Below, one piece after another: positions 9,990-20,034 of a DNA stretch of 64,000 nt (positions are counted from its first letter, which is position 1; each line of letters starts with the position of its first letter). The DNA comes from Planctomycetota bacterium (GTDB lineage Bacteria > Planctomycetota > SZUA-567 > H5-PLA8): the NCBI GenBank assembly GCA_038227875.1, contig JBBRPR010000015.1:32001-96000 (forward strand). Reading direction: 5' to 3'. The notes beneath the pieces were generated by a model. The model made no database searches. It was not told the origin of the DNA and saw only the letters and a program-made list of their open reading frames with translations. A program made the translations under genes and the position numbers.

Positions 9990-12900
9990 TCACTTCGATA
10001 GCTCGCCGATAAACTGTGCCAGCTTGCGCTTGAACCCGTCCAGATCGGCGTTGCTGTAGGGAGAAATCTTCTTTTCCAGGTCGACGGGCTCCATCGTCGC
10101 GTCGATGAACGCCTTAGCCTCCGCCGCTTTCGCTTTGGCTTCGGCGGAATCTCCGGCTTCGGCTTTGGCGATCAGGTTCGACAGCGTCTGCAGGTAACGG
10201 TGATCGTTCATGCCTTCGCGGATCATTTCCCATTCGCGGCGCGCCCGCTGACCTTCAGACGCGGTGAACGAGCAGCCGCTGTCGCCTTCGCTGCCGTCCA
10301 GATCGTAGTAGATGTCGCCGGTGTTGGTCGAATAGCCCCACTGGAACAGCGCCTCGACTCCCATCTTGGCGTGCGCTTTCCACAGCAGCCAGCCAAAGGT
10401 CAGACGGTTGGTGCCGATATTGTTGAACCAGTATTTCGCCCCGGCCTTCTTCACCGCTTCGGCGACCTGGTAGCGCGGCGAATTGGCCGAAATAATGTCG
10501 ATCGCTGGAATCACCGACCAGTGCCCCGGATCGCCCATCGCGTCTTCGCTCACAAATTTCATCTGCGGCGCGGCTCGGCGGTGCGCTTCGAAAACCTTGA
10601 CCACGTTCGCGGCAGAGATCCCGTGAATCAACGGCTCGTCGGCCAGCGCCCAGGCCATCGGCAGCCAGTTCTTCTCCTTGGCGTGAGCGCCCAGTTCCTG
10701 GTACGCAAGCCGGATGGCCTCTTCCAGCGGCACGCCGTACTCGGTGCGGGCCTGCGCTTCGATGTCGCCTTCGCGCACGTTGAACATCTGGGCGTAGGTG
10801 AAACAGGGATGATGGTAGCCGAGCTTGCGCAGCAGTTCCATCTGCTGGTCGGCGGCGCTGAAATCGAATTCCGCCTTGCCGTTCTTGATGCCGCGAAATC
10901 CCGGTGCGATCGGCGTCACCGCCGTCATCCCGTGTTCCTTCTGGTCGCGCAGCACTTCTTCGATGCGTTCGTCGAGCTTGAAGGCCGCGTTCAAACTCCC
11001 GCCCCCGCCCGTGGGGCGCCCGCCGCCATACATGCCGATGGACATCGACGGTTCGTCGAGCTTGATGGCGTGGACTTCCAGCGTGATGGGAATGGTGCGC
11101 GGTCCCCCGGCGATCGTGACCGTGAGCTGCCCGGTGTATGTTCCCGCCGGCGTGCCGTCGGGAACTTTGCAGGTGACCCAGAAGCGCCGCGTCACGTTTG
11201 CGGCGACGGGCTGCGCGGTAAAGTCCGTCAGCAGCCAGGGACGGTAGTCGTAGGAGCTGGTGATGCGGCTGCCGATGCGCTTCATCTTGTAACGGATTAC
11301 GCGGGTGTGGAGCGCGGACGCGGGGATTTTTCCGGCGGGGCCGCTCAATTCACTCGCCGCGACGGTCACGGCGCCGCAGTCCTTCAGCGGATAGATCGCG
11401 AAATTCCCCGACGCGTATTCGCCCGGTGAGCAGAGCCAGTTCAGTTTTACGTCGCGGGAATCGGATTTTTCGGCGCCGGGCGCGGAGTTGTAGCTGATCT
11501 CCTTCTCCAGGTCGCGCGTGAAGAGCACATAACCGTTGCTCAGTTCGTCGGCGCTGAGCTCCGGCTTCGGGTCGGCCTTGCGCACGACTTCAACGTAGCT
11601 GTTGCTGAATTCCGCGCGGCGCCGTTTTTCCAGCTGCGAAAGCCACGCCTGGCCCGCGTCGGAAGACTTCTGCGGGAAGATCACCAGCGTCGAGAGCGTC
11701 AGGCCCCACGTGTCGCCCAGGAAGCGCAGCTTCAACTGGCCGTTGGTCACCGAGGCCTTCACCGTCTTGGGCTGAAAATGCGCGTCGATGTAGCGGCTCC
11801 AGATATCCGTCCCGGGCAGGTCTTCGTCGTCCTGGTGCAGGAAGAAATACTTCTGGAGGAACTGCTCCGGCGTCACCGTTTCGTGGATCACGCGTTCGCC
11901 CTGGGCTTCGACGCTGCGCGTGCTGAAATAGGAATATTCCCAGTACTGCGGCGCATCCATGATCAGGTAGATGACGTAGTCGCCGTTGGGCAGATCGACA
12001 GCGAACGTTTCGCCGCCGGCGCAGCGGACAAAGTGGCCCGTCAGCGTATCCGGATGCTCGTAGTCCCGTTCGTCCCGCGGATTGCCGCCCAGCCAGCCGT
12101 AGCCCAGTTTCTCGGAGTACGAGGTGTCCTTGTGCACCGCGGTGAAGCCGGGAAACGTCGCCGACTTCGCCGGGCCGAAATTGAATTTCTTGATGCCTTC
12201 CACCACGGTGTCGTTGGCGCCCTTCACCAGGCGCACGTGGTCGATGAACAGGGTGACGTCGTTGGTCGAAATGCAGAAGCCGACCATCTTGTGCGGGTCC
12301 AGGAACTGACCGCTCCCTTTTTCGCCGCGATACAGGCCGCCGATGGGAAAGCGCAAGGTCGATGCGCCGGCCGCCAGGTTGGTCCGGTAGTTGTGCCGCT
12401 TCCAGTAATCGTTGTCGGTCTTCTGCGCGTCGGCGTCGGCGAACCAGCCGCTGAGCGTGATGGACTTCGCGGAGGTGTTGAAGCAATCAATCTCCAGCGT
12501 GTCGAACTTGCTCCAATCCGGATCGGCGAAACTGCCGAAGTGAATCCCGCCGCCATTGGCGCGGATCTCCATCTTCAACGCTTTCTTGCCGTGAGTGGCA
12601 TGTTCTTCTGAAATCGACGCCGTGGATTTTCCCGGCTTGTCCTCCGGCCAGTCTTCCATGCTCCACTTTGCGGCCGGTTCAGCGTTGGCTTCGAAGTCCA
12701 GCAGCACTTCTGTCTTGGGCTGCTCGCCGGACGTGGCGGACTCGGCGTCCTTCGACAGGCGGAAGTTGTCGATAAAAAAGCTCTGCTTGCCGTCGCTGGG
12801 AAAGCTGAGCAGCAGCTGCACGATCTTTTTGTTGTCCAGAAACTGGCCGCTGCCCTTTTCACCGCGGAAGAGTCCGCCGACGGGAATCGTAATGGTATTC

Positions 12901-13295
12901 TGCCCCGCGCGCAGCGGCACGCGATTGTTGTGGCGCTTCCAATAGTCGTTGCCGGCGCCGTCGGTGATCCACAACGAGAGATTCGTGGTTTCGCCGGGAT
13001 TGAAGACGTCCAGTCGCAACTGGTCAAAGCCGCTCCAGTCTTTCGGCAGGCCCGTCCACTCACCGCAACTGAGTGAGAAACCCGGCGCGACCTTGCCCGC
13101 TTTCTTGCCCTGCGTGGCGTGCTCGGCGACCAATTCGACGCCGCCGCGGGATTCGATCACCTTCATGCCCTCAGGCGATTCAAAATCGCAGATCATCTGC
13201 TCGTCACTGGCGCCGGCCCCGGAGCAGACACAGGCGCACAGGCAGACCAGGGAGGCCAGCAGGATGGAAGTGGTGCGAAGCGTAGTCGGCTGCAT
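9990..13295 (-). CDS. Large secreted putative glycoside hydrolase (two CBM-like repeats plus GH123-like region)
   Basis: Signal peptide; duplicated module DYWKRHN...IPxGGLxRGEKGSGQFLD; KFNFGP..GYGW module; PGEYASGNFAIYP, FWVTCKVPDGTPAGTYTG, ADEP and REWEMIREGMNDHRYL motifs. Start ATG 13295 behind GAGGAG. Confidence 0.7.
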   Translation of the reverse strand: MQPTTLRTTSILLASLVCLCACVCSGAGASDEQMICDFESPEGMKVIESRGGVELVAEHATQGKKAGKVAPGFSLSCGEWTGLPKDWSGFDQLRLDVFNPGETTNLSLWITDGAGNDYWKRHNNRVPLRAGQNTITIPVGGLFRGEKGSGQFLDNKKIVQLLLSFPSDGKQSFFIDNFRLSKDAESATSGEQPKTEVLLDFEANAEPAAKWSMEDWPEDKPGKSTASISEEHATHGKKALKMEIRANGGGIHFGSFADPDWSKFDTLEIDCFNTSAKSITLSGWFADADAQKTDNDYWKRHNYRTNLAAGASTLRFPIGGLYRGEKGSGQFLDPHKMVGFCISTNDVTLFIDHVRLVKGANDTVVEGIKKFNFGPAKSATFPGFTAVHKDTSYSEKLGYGWLGGNPRDERDYEHPDTLTGHFVRCAGGETFAVDLPNGDYVIYLIMDAPQYWEYSYFSTRSVEAQGERVIHETVTPEQFLQKYFFLHQDDEDLPGTDIWSRYIDAHFQPKTVKASVTNGQLKLRFLGDTWGLTLSTLVIFPQKSSDAGQAWLSQLEKRRRAEFSNSYVEVVRKADPKPELSADELSNGYVLFTRDLEKEISYNSAPGAEKSDSRDVKLNWLCSPGEYASGNFAIYPLKDCGAVTVAASELSGPAGKIPASALHTRVIRYKMKRIGSRITSSYDYRPWLLTDFTAQPVAANVTRRFWVTCKVPDGTPAGTYTGQLTVTIAGGPRTIPITLEVHAIKLDEPSMSIGMYGGGRPTGGGGSLNAAFKLDERIEEVLRDQKEHGMTAVTPIAPGFRGIKNGKAEFDFSAADQQMELLRKLGYHHPCFTYAQMFNVREGDIEAQARTEYGVPLEEAIRLAYQELGAHAKEKNWLPMAWALADEPLIHGISAANVVKVFEAHRRAAPQMKFVSEDAMGDPGHWSVIPAIDIISANSPRYQVAEAVKKAGAKYWFNNIGTNRLTFGWLLWKAHAKMGVEALFQWGYSTNTGDIYYDLDGSEGDSGCSFTASEGQRARREWEMIREGMNDHRYLQTLSNLIAKAEAGDSAEAKAKAAEAKAFIDATMEPVDLEKKISPYSNADLDGFKRKLAQFIGELSK

Positions 13296-13345
13296 ATTCA
13301 AGCTCCTCATTAGATGGGTCACCGCCCTGCTGCATACACCGATCT

Positions 13346-13370
13346 GAGTGATTTAGTGATTAAATCACTC
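13346..13370. promoter_or_regulatory. Palindromic candidate operator
   Basis: GAGTGATTTA-GTGAT-TAAATCACTC, perfect 10-bp arms, upstream of the glycoside hydrolase gene. Confidence 0.7.
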
Positions 13371-13401
13371 TCTTTTTCGAACCGCATTGCGCCCCATGGA
13401 C

Positions 13402-14568
13402 TTATGACGCCGAGGCCACGCTGCCCCGCACCACCAGCCGCCCCGCGTGGCGGCGGACCAGCCCGCGCGCCTTGCTTTTCCAGAGCGTGTAGGCCATGCG
13501 TCCCATCTCGATTTCATCAAACGCCAGCGTGTCGATCGCGCCCACGTCCTCCGTCGGACCGTTGCCGAAGCCCACGACGCTCACGTCTTCCGGCACGCGC
13601 AGACCGCAACTGCGCGCCGCGTCGGCTGCGAGTTTCGCGTACGCATCCATGAAGCCCACAAAGGCCGTCGGACGCTTCGCGGCGTTCTGCGCAAGCATTT
13701 TCTTCAAGGCCTCAAGGACCGCGTCGTAATCGCCGAGCACCACCGGCGCGCTCTGCGGATTCAACCCCGCCGCCTCCAGCGCCGCGCGAAAACCGGCGAG
13801 CCGTTCGTCGCCGGGCTGGCCCACGTTCCCCGCCGGGCCGATGTACGCCAGCCGCGTGTGGCCGTGAGCGATGCAGTGTCCGGCCGCCTCGCGCGTGCCG
13901 CCGAAATTGTCGAAGACCACCGAGTTGAGCCCGCGCTCCGGAGCCGCGAAATCGAACGCGACGACGCGCCGTCCTTCCTCGAGAAACCGCCACAGGCTGC
14001 GGTAGTCCGGCACACCGCACTCGACGAAAATCGCGCCTTCGATGCTGGGGCTGGCGAACGTGTTCTCGGCCAGCGCTTCGGTGCCGTCGGAGTTCAGTGC
14101 AAACGGCGTAGGCATCACTTCGTAGCCATCGGCACCCGCCGCTTCGCGCACCCCTTTATAGAACGACGCGAGGTAGTTGCGGCTGCCGGCCACGAGGATG
14201 CGTTCCGGATCGCGCGCAATGAAGCGGATCAACTTCAGTCCGCTCGGCGCCGCAAGCTGGATCGCCTTGCGTTCCGCGACAAACGTGCCCTGCCCGCGGC
14301 GCCGCTCGACGAGGCCCTCCGTCGCCAGCGTGGCGAGCACCTTGTTGACCGTGAGCAGGCTCAATCCCGATTCGCGGGCGAGCTCGCGTTCACTGGCCAC
14401 CCGCGCCCCCGGAGACAAATGCGCAAACTCGCGAACCAGGTGTTCCCGGAACTGTTCGCTCCGCAACTGCCCCTTAAACCGCTTGACCCCCAAAGCAGCC
14501 GGAGCCGCCGCAGGACGAGTCGCAGAGGCGAGAACGGGTTTCTTTTTCAAGTCGGACGTACGTGCCAT
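13402..14568 (-). CDS. GntR HTH plus LacI-type sugar-binding domain regulator
   Basis: SERELARESGLSLLTVNKVLATLATEGLVERRRGQGTFV; HGHTRLAYIG, ERLAGF and GLRVPEDVSVVGF. Confidence 0.92.
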   Translation of the reverse strand: MARTSDLKKKPVLASATRPAAAPAALGVKRFKGQLRSEQFREHLVREFAHLSPGARVASERELARESGLSLLTVNKVLATLATEGLVERRRGQGTFVAERKAIQLAAPSGLKLIRFIARDPERILVAGSRNYLASFYKGVREAAGADGYEVMPTPFALNSDGTEALAENTFASPSIEGAIFVECGVPDYRSLWRFLEEGRRVVAFDFAAPERGLNSVVFDNFGGTREAAGHCIAHGHTRLAYIGPAGNVGQPGDERLAGFRAALEAAGLNPQSAPVVLGDYDAVLEALKKMLAQNAAKRPTAFVGFMDAYAKLAADAARSCGLRVPEDVSVVGFGNGPTEDVGAIDTLAFDEIEMGRMAYTLWKSKARGLVRRHAGRLVVRGSVASAS

Positions 14569-14587
14569 TGGCGAGGCCCCACCGGAT

Positions 14588-14602
14588 GAGTGATTTAATC
14601 AT
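14588..14602. promoter_or_regulatory. Second copy of the candidate operator, upstream of the regulator
   Basis: GAGTGATTTAATCAT matches the reverse complement of 13356-13370 at 14 of 15 positions. Confidence 0.6.
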
Positions 14603-14681
14603 AAGGGCACCGCCGCATTTTTCCATAACTATCGCCCACCCGGACTTTTCATGGCACCTGGGCTTTCGCATTGCAAATCTT

Positions 14682-17453
14682 CTACTTCGCCGGGGTCCCC
14701 GCCGGATCGATAAACACTCCGGCAACATAGATCCCCGAGGACTCCGGACTCTCGAGGTTCACGGCGTGAATGATCACGCTGCCCTTCAGATTCCACGAAA
14801 GATAGGTATAGGGACTCCTCCCAGCAACAGACTGCGTGTCCAAAACCGCCTTCGTGTCGGCATCCAGCACTTCAAGGGTCAGATTACGAATGGACGGAGC
14901 CATATAAACACTGACCTGGTGCTCCTTGCCGTCTGTCAATTCGAGGTCGATGAAAAGCTGATCGCCGGCATGCCATTCCTGAATGGACCGGGACTGGGTG
15001 TCGCCCGACTTCATCGGGTGCCCCGTATCTTTTTCCGTCGTCGCCCAGCGCGTGTGGACCTCGCAGTCCCGGAACTCGACGAGCGCGCACTTCGGTGCTT
15101 CCGACGTGTTCTTGTCACCGGCAACCATAGCGCCTTCCCTGCCGTATTTTCCCTTCCAGTCACCGGACGTGTTGGGGTCTTTCCCGACGAACTTCGCGGC
15201 GGCCCGCTGGGCCTCGACGACCGTGGCCGTCACGCTTTCAAACCGCGCCTCGCCCTGCGCCATGGGGAAACAAGGATACGTCACCTTGACCGTTTCACCC
15301 GCCTTCCACTTCTTGTCTGTAATCAGACGCATGCTCCTGCCCTTCGCGTCGACCTCCACCGCCGTGACCTTCGCTCCGGCAACGGCATAGGTCGACGTCT
15401 CCGCCCACGCGGGTGAGAAGAGAGGAGCCGAGGGAGTCAGTAGAATGGAATCCTCGAACGCATTGCGGTACTTCAGAACCCGCACCTCGTTCCAGCCGAA
15501 AGCCGGCAACGGCTTGCCGTTCTTTCCGGCGATCGAGTTGGCCGCCGCGCACGAGACTGCAAACGGCACCGCTTCATCCTTGATGTCCACGACAATATTT
15601 TCGCCGTTGATCTGCGCTTTTGCCGGTTTGTCCTTGCCGTCGGCAGTGGCGATCCGGATGGCCGTCAAGTCTCCCGACAGACCGCCGCCGGTTTGTTTGA
15701 ACGGGAAGGTGAGCGTATCTTTGGCGGCAATCACGCCGTCCACATACACACCGTGATCCTGCAGGTCGTAGCAGGCAATCGAGTCCATTGTGCGAATGAA
15801 CAGTTTGCCGCCGGCGATGGTTGGTCCACTGAGGGGACAGGCCTGTGGCGAGAAACGACCCAGTTCCACGTACTTCTCGGGCGTGGCCTTGAACATGCCA
15901 AACTCTTCGGGCTCCTGGTAGCCACCCGCCCCCACATGGCCATAGATTTTTCCATCCGCTGCGATCTGTGCATCAACCCCAGCGGTGTGGTTGTTTTCCA
16001 GCACCTTCCAGTGCACGGCGCCGTTCTTCAGGTTCACACAGAGTCCCCTTCCAAACGCCATGCCCTGGTAACGCAGACCGGGGCACTGAAAGCGCCCTTT
16101 CCAGAGTTCCTCCCTGCCGGTGGGTGTCACCTTGTAGGCGGTGGTGATCGGGATGTTCGGCGCCGCCCCGGAAAGCATGATGTCGCCGGAGATGCCGCCG
16201 CCGAACTTGTACTTCCAGACGACTTTTCCAGTTTCCAGTTCAAGGCCCACCTGAGACCAGTTGTCCTCAGCCCCACCATCATTGGCGAGGATGTATTTTT
16301 TGCCTCCCGACTTCCACAGGCCTGCGCCACAGTAGCGCGCCACCCACTCCATTTTCGAATGTTTTCCATCGTGAAGCATCCACTCGGGGTTCTTCCACAG
16401 GACTTTGCCGGTTTCAGCATCGTACGCGACCCCAAGCAGATAGAGGATGCCGTCCTCGACCAGCGGCGAGGCATGTTCAGGCCCACTCTTATGCTGCCAT
16501 ACAAGCGTTCCGTCCTTCGTTGAAAGGCAATAAAGGCCCGCCGAACCGACCATGTAGCATTTGCCATTCCAGACCGCGGGCGTGGCACAGGCACCGAGTC
16601 CCTCAAACACCCACCACTGAATCCCAGGATAAGGTGGGGACTTCAACGTGGCCTTATCCACCGGGAAAGATTTCCGCCACAGTTCTTTGCCCGTGGCCGC
16701 GTCCAGGCAGATCATGGTGTCGGACCAGACAAACGCACGCCGCCAGAGCGCTTCGAGATTCGGATTGATTCCAATGTGGTGCGCGATCGTAAATCCGCCG
16801 ACGCCGTTCAGGGCTTTCGCCCATTCCACTGTGTTCGGATGTCCTTCGTCCTTGAACTTGCTCAACTTGACCAGTTGATCCCAGGTGAAACCGTTGGTGC
16901 ACAGTCGCCGCTGGATATAGCTACCGTACTTCTTGGCGTCATCCGGGGGCAGGTCTGCTAGAAAGTCCTTGGTGTATTTGTCCATATCGGCGTTTTTGGA
17001 GAGGAAATCGTCCAGAGTTCCGCCTTCGCTTGACCACCTTGCCTTGGGCCGTTGGGCCGAGGTCCGTGCCTCTTCAATCTTCTTGACCAGCGGCTCGGGA
17101 ATATCCGGCAGCCAACCGAGATCAGCCAGGATTTCCGAAGTGACAAACTTCAAGGTGTCACCGCCGCTCACCGGCAGTTTGTTGGCGTAAACAAAGACCT
17201 TCCCATCCGCCACGATCGGATGGGCACAGCCACCATCGCGCCACGACGGAATAAACCCGCTCTTCCATACCAGAGGCGGACCATCCTTGGGCCAGGTGTC
17301 GAGCAGTTTCGGCGAATTCACCACCACGCCGTCGCGGTCGGGACCGCCCTGCTGCGACCCATCGCTGTTGGCGGACGAGGCCGTTTCGCCGGCCCAAACG
17401 GAACAGATGGAAAGCAACAGCAGCCCCGGAACAGCTCGACGCAAGCTAAACAT
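14682..17453 (-). CDS. Secreted PQQ-like (BamB-like) beta-propeller protein with a helical insertion and extra C-terminal domains
   Basis: Signal peptide; GPDRDG...WPKDGPPLVWK; repeated CLDAATGKELW, AYDAETGKVLW and GPTIAGGKLFIR blades. Confidence 0.82.
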   Translation of the reverse strand: MFSLRRAVPGLLLLSICSVWAGETASSANSDGSQQGGPDRDGVVVNSPKLLDTWPKDGPPLVWKSGFIPSWRDGGCAHPIVADGKVFVYANKLPVSGGDTLKFVTSEILADLGWLPDIPEPLVKKIEEARTSAQRPKARWSSEGGTLDDFLSKNADMDKYTKDFLADLPPDDAKKYGSYIQRRLCTNGFTWDQLVKLSKFKDEGHPNTVEWAKALNGVGGFTIAHHIGINPNLEALWRRAFVWSDTMICLDAATGKELWRKSFPVDKATLKSPPYPGIQWWVFEGLGACATPAVWNGKCYMVGSAGLYCLSTKDGTLVWQHKSGPEHASPLVEDGILYLLGVAYDAETGKVLWKNPEWMLHDGKHSKMEWVARYCGAGLWKSGGKKYILANDGGAEDNWSQVGLELETGKVVWKYKFGGGISGDIMLSGAAPNIPITTAYKVTPTGREELWKGRFQCPGLRYQGMAFGRGLCVNLKNGAVHWKVLENNHTAGVDAQIAADGKIYGHVGAGGYQEPEEFGMFKATPEKYVELGRFSPQACPLSGPTIAGGKLFIRTMDSIACYDLQDHGVYVDGVIAAKDTLTFPFKQTGGGLSGDLTAIRIATADGKDKPAKAQINGENIVVDIKDEAVPFAVSCAAANSIAGKNGKPLPAFGWNEVRVLKYRNAFEDSILLTPSAPLFSPAWAETSTYAVAGAKVTAVEVDAKGRSMRLITDKKWKAGETVKVTYPCFPMAQGEARFESVTATVVEAQRAAAKFVGKDPNTSGDWKGKYGREGAMVAGDKNTSEAPKCALVEFRDCEVHTRWATTEKDTGHPMKSGDTQSRSIQEWHAGDQLFIDLELTDGKEHQVSVYMAPSIRNLTLEVLDADTKAVLDTQSVAGRSPYTYLSWNLKGSVIIHAVNLESPESSGIYVAGVFIDPAGTPAK

Positions 17454-17688
17454 TCGTTGTATCTCCTGTAATCCGGCCTCACCGCCTCATGGGTATGTAC
17501 ACTAAAAGAGCGCATGGAGGGGACTGGATTTGGCGCGTGCGGGCAACTGATTCCGATCTGATACCAAAAAGAGCGGGTTCGTTTGAATTAAGTTTCGGCA
17601 GGAGAAGTCCTTAGATCAGAAAAAGGCCCTGTAGGCGTTGCCTACGCCAGTTGCGTTAGCGTCTCACAACGGCCACCAATGACAGCCA

Positions 17689-18750
17689 TTAACGGGGAGC
17701 GGAAGTCGTCTGTCCTTCGTGCCAGGTGCACGCCAAGCGGACCCGCTGAGGAGGAGAGACTGGAGCGTCCAGCAATGCCAGTCCACGCAGCGCCATCTCT
17801 CTAAAGTCGATACGTGGGCCAGAAATGTTATCTGTGTGTGTATGATCGCCGAATGACACCACGCTCAGATCACGAGGCACCCGCAGATCGGGTTCTTTAA
17901 GAAACCGCCAGGCATGACTGTGCCCGCTGCAGATTACGGCCGTGAATCGTGGGCGTACGGCGCACACTCCAGTGGCAACGGAACATTGCTCTTGGCTGTG
18001 GGTGAATACCCCGTAGTGATCTTCCCTGATTCCCGCTTGTCGACAGCCTTCAAGGAATCCTTCTGTGCGTTCGGCCGCATCAGGGTCAATGCCTTCAACC
18101 AGACGTCTGCCGTGAAAAGGACGGACAAAAGCAATTCGACGGTGCCCCAGCGCCGCCAGGTGCTTGACCGCCTCAATTGAGGCTTCGTACCCTGCAATTG
18201 AAACACTATGAATCTTTGAATGCTGGGCCGATTCGTCAAGCAGCACGACGGGCCGACCCAGTTCACCGTAGCGATTCAACAGCTGTGGCGCAAACTGACC
18301 GACCAGCACGATTCCGCGCACTGGCATAGCTGCCAGACCTGCTGGAAATTCCTGGGTCCAACGGACACCCTGCAGGATCACTCGAGAGTCGCCTAATGAG
18401 CGCAGAATGGTTTGGATCATTTCGTTGTAATAGTTGCGTCCTCGAAAATCGAAAAGATTGGCTGTGGAGACCAGTGCGATCGCAGTACTGAAAATCGATT
18501 GAATCGACACGTCCCGGCAAAGAAGTACGCGTGAGCGTGCACGAACCTGGACGATACCTCGATTTTTCAGGAGGTGAAGGGCCTTGACGATCGTGTGCGT
18601 GCTGACTTTGTAGACAGAGGCCAGTTCCCGCGTTGAAGGCATGTCTGCGCTGTCGGCGATCTTGCCGTCCGCAATCCTTTTGGAGAGACGCGATGCTATG
18701 GCTTTGTACTTTGCATGCCGATGACCGGTACGCCGGTTCATGCTACCCAT
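17689..18750 (-). CDS. GntR HTH plus LacI-type effector domain regulator
   Basis: KYKAIA...MPSTRELASVYKVSTHTIVKAL; LAALGHRRIAF, ERTEGF and LRVPRDLSVVSF. Atypical codon usage. Confidence 0.85.
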   Translation of the reverse strand: MGSMNRRTGHRHAKYKAIASRLSKRIADGKIADSADMPSTRELASVYKVSTHTIVKALHLLKNRGIVQVRARSRVLLCRDVSIQSIFSTAIALVSTANLFDFRGRNYYNEMIQTILRSLGDSRVILQGVRWTQEFPAGLAAMPVRGIVLVGQFAPQLLNRYGELGRPVVLLDESAQHSKIHSVSIAGYEASIEAVKHLAALGHRRIAFVRPFHGRRLVEGIDPDAAERTEGFLEGCRQAGIREDHYGVFTHSQEQCSVATGVCAVRPRFTAVICSGHSHAWRFLKEPDLRVPRDLSVVSFGDHTHTDNISGPRIDFREMALRGLALLDAPVSPPQRVRLACTWHEGQTTSAPR

Positions 18751-19070
18751 TGGCGGCTCCTATGGTCCCTGGGCTCGCGTGAGCGTCAACATATACCGCC
18801 AACCCGGGAAAAGCCATGCTCTCGCACGGTTCCGGGTTGGGATCGTTTTGCAAAGAAATCTCATTCACCGGGTCGCGGCCGCAGGATGTGTACTGCCACC
18901 GGAAAATGATTATTGAGGCGAGAGCTGGAATGTTGCTCGCGGGTTGGCCAGGCGCAGTGCGGGTGCGTCGCTTCGCTCCGTACCTGCACTGGCCGGCCAA
19001 CCCGGTGATGGGAACTTTCAGTGCTTTTCAGCTATCATTCTTTTGTGCTGCATCGAGTCTGCAACTAGGT

Positions 19071-19227
19071 CTAATTGGACGCAGGCGCTTCAGAAATTAA
19101 GTTCAGCCGAGTATTAACCTCTCGTGGATAATCGCCTCCCGTCAGGGATAAGATGCCCTCGATGTTCGCCCGGTAGTCTTCCACCAATTGGCTTTGGTAC
19201 GTAACCATTCCCTCTGGCCACATAACA
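19071..19227 (-). pseudogene. Frameshifted remnant of a His-Me finger DNA/RNA non-specific endonuclease toxin domain
   Basis: Manual translation: ARGNGYVPKPIGGRLPGEHRGHLIPDG, then after a one-base shift GDYPREVNTRLNLISEAPASN*. Adjacent to the SUFU gene. Confidence 0.5.
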
Positions 19228-19241
19228 TCAATGGCCTAAGC

Positions 19242-19808
19242 TCAAATGCACGATGGCCGAGAAATGCTGTAAGGATCTACACCTTTTTCCATGAGCAGCT
19301 TTTCCAAATTCTTGGCGCCGTGGTCCGCAAAGTAATTGTGTTCTTGCCGAGTAAGTAGTATTGCCAGGAATATTCTTCCATATTGCTCGCGAAGTTTAAT
19401 GTCACCAAACTCTTCAGGTAGTCCGTATGTATGTGCAAGGTAGACAGCAGATTTGTTATATCTTGACGAAAATCCTAAATCGAACGATTCGATCCCGATG
19501 CTTGTGCCTTGGCCTACTGAAAATCTTTTCTGAACAAGATAAAATATTGTATTTGCAAGAATTTTAGGAATTACTTCCCAGCCATCGTCTGCCGGCATAT
19601 AGATCTCACAAATGTCGTGTATTTCATTCGAGAAGTGTGTCAGCCCCAAAGAAGCGAACACTCGACATCCCTTGAATACTTTGTCAAATCTCAATATCTG
19701 TATCGTTGGACTGTCGGTTCCCAAAGATACAAAACTTTGCGACTCGACAGGTGGCCGAAAGTACTTCTCGTAGTGGCTAAGGTATGCATCACCCCAATCT
19801 TCGTTCAT
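19242..19808 (-). CDS. Suppressor-of-fused (SUFU) domain protein, putative toxin immunity protein
   Basis: YLSHYEKYF...FASLGL...FLAILLTRQEHNYFADHGAKNLEKLLMEKGVDPYSISRPSCI is the typical SUFU layout. Strongly AT-rich. Confidence 0.85.
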   Translation of the reverse strand: MNEDWGDAYLSHYEKYFRPPVESQSFVSLGTDSPTIQILRFDKVFKGCRVFASLGLTHFSNEIHDICEIYMPADDGWEVIPKILANTIFYLVQKRFSVGQGTSIGIESFDLGFSSRYNKSAVYLAHTYGLPEEFGDIKLREQYGRIFLAILLTRQEHNYFADHGAKNLEKLLMEKGVDPYSISRPSCI

Positions 19809-20034
19809 CAGAAGTTAAATCCGCCTCGTAAACCCCTGCATTCTCGAAGCCATGTCCAGAATTGCAAGTGGGCACCGAAGGCGAACATCCTGCTCGTATA
19901 TCCGTGCCCTCTCGTCCCGGCACGTTCAACGCACATGTGGGCCGGGGATGCAAGAATGAGGGAATCGATTAGGCTTCGGAGTGCCCTAAAGCATGCTCTG
20001 TTCTTCGACTTCGGCACTCTACGCGGGGAAATAC

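Noticed and set aside
14600..19990. Integrated mobile element or prophage
   Set aside because: Composition is atypical, but no integrase, transposase, phage gene or flanking direct repeat was seen.
19808..20017. 69-aa ORF overlapping the SUFU start as a cognate toxin
   Set aside because: No recognisable toxin motif or RBS in any frame; insufficient support.
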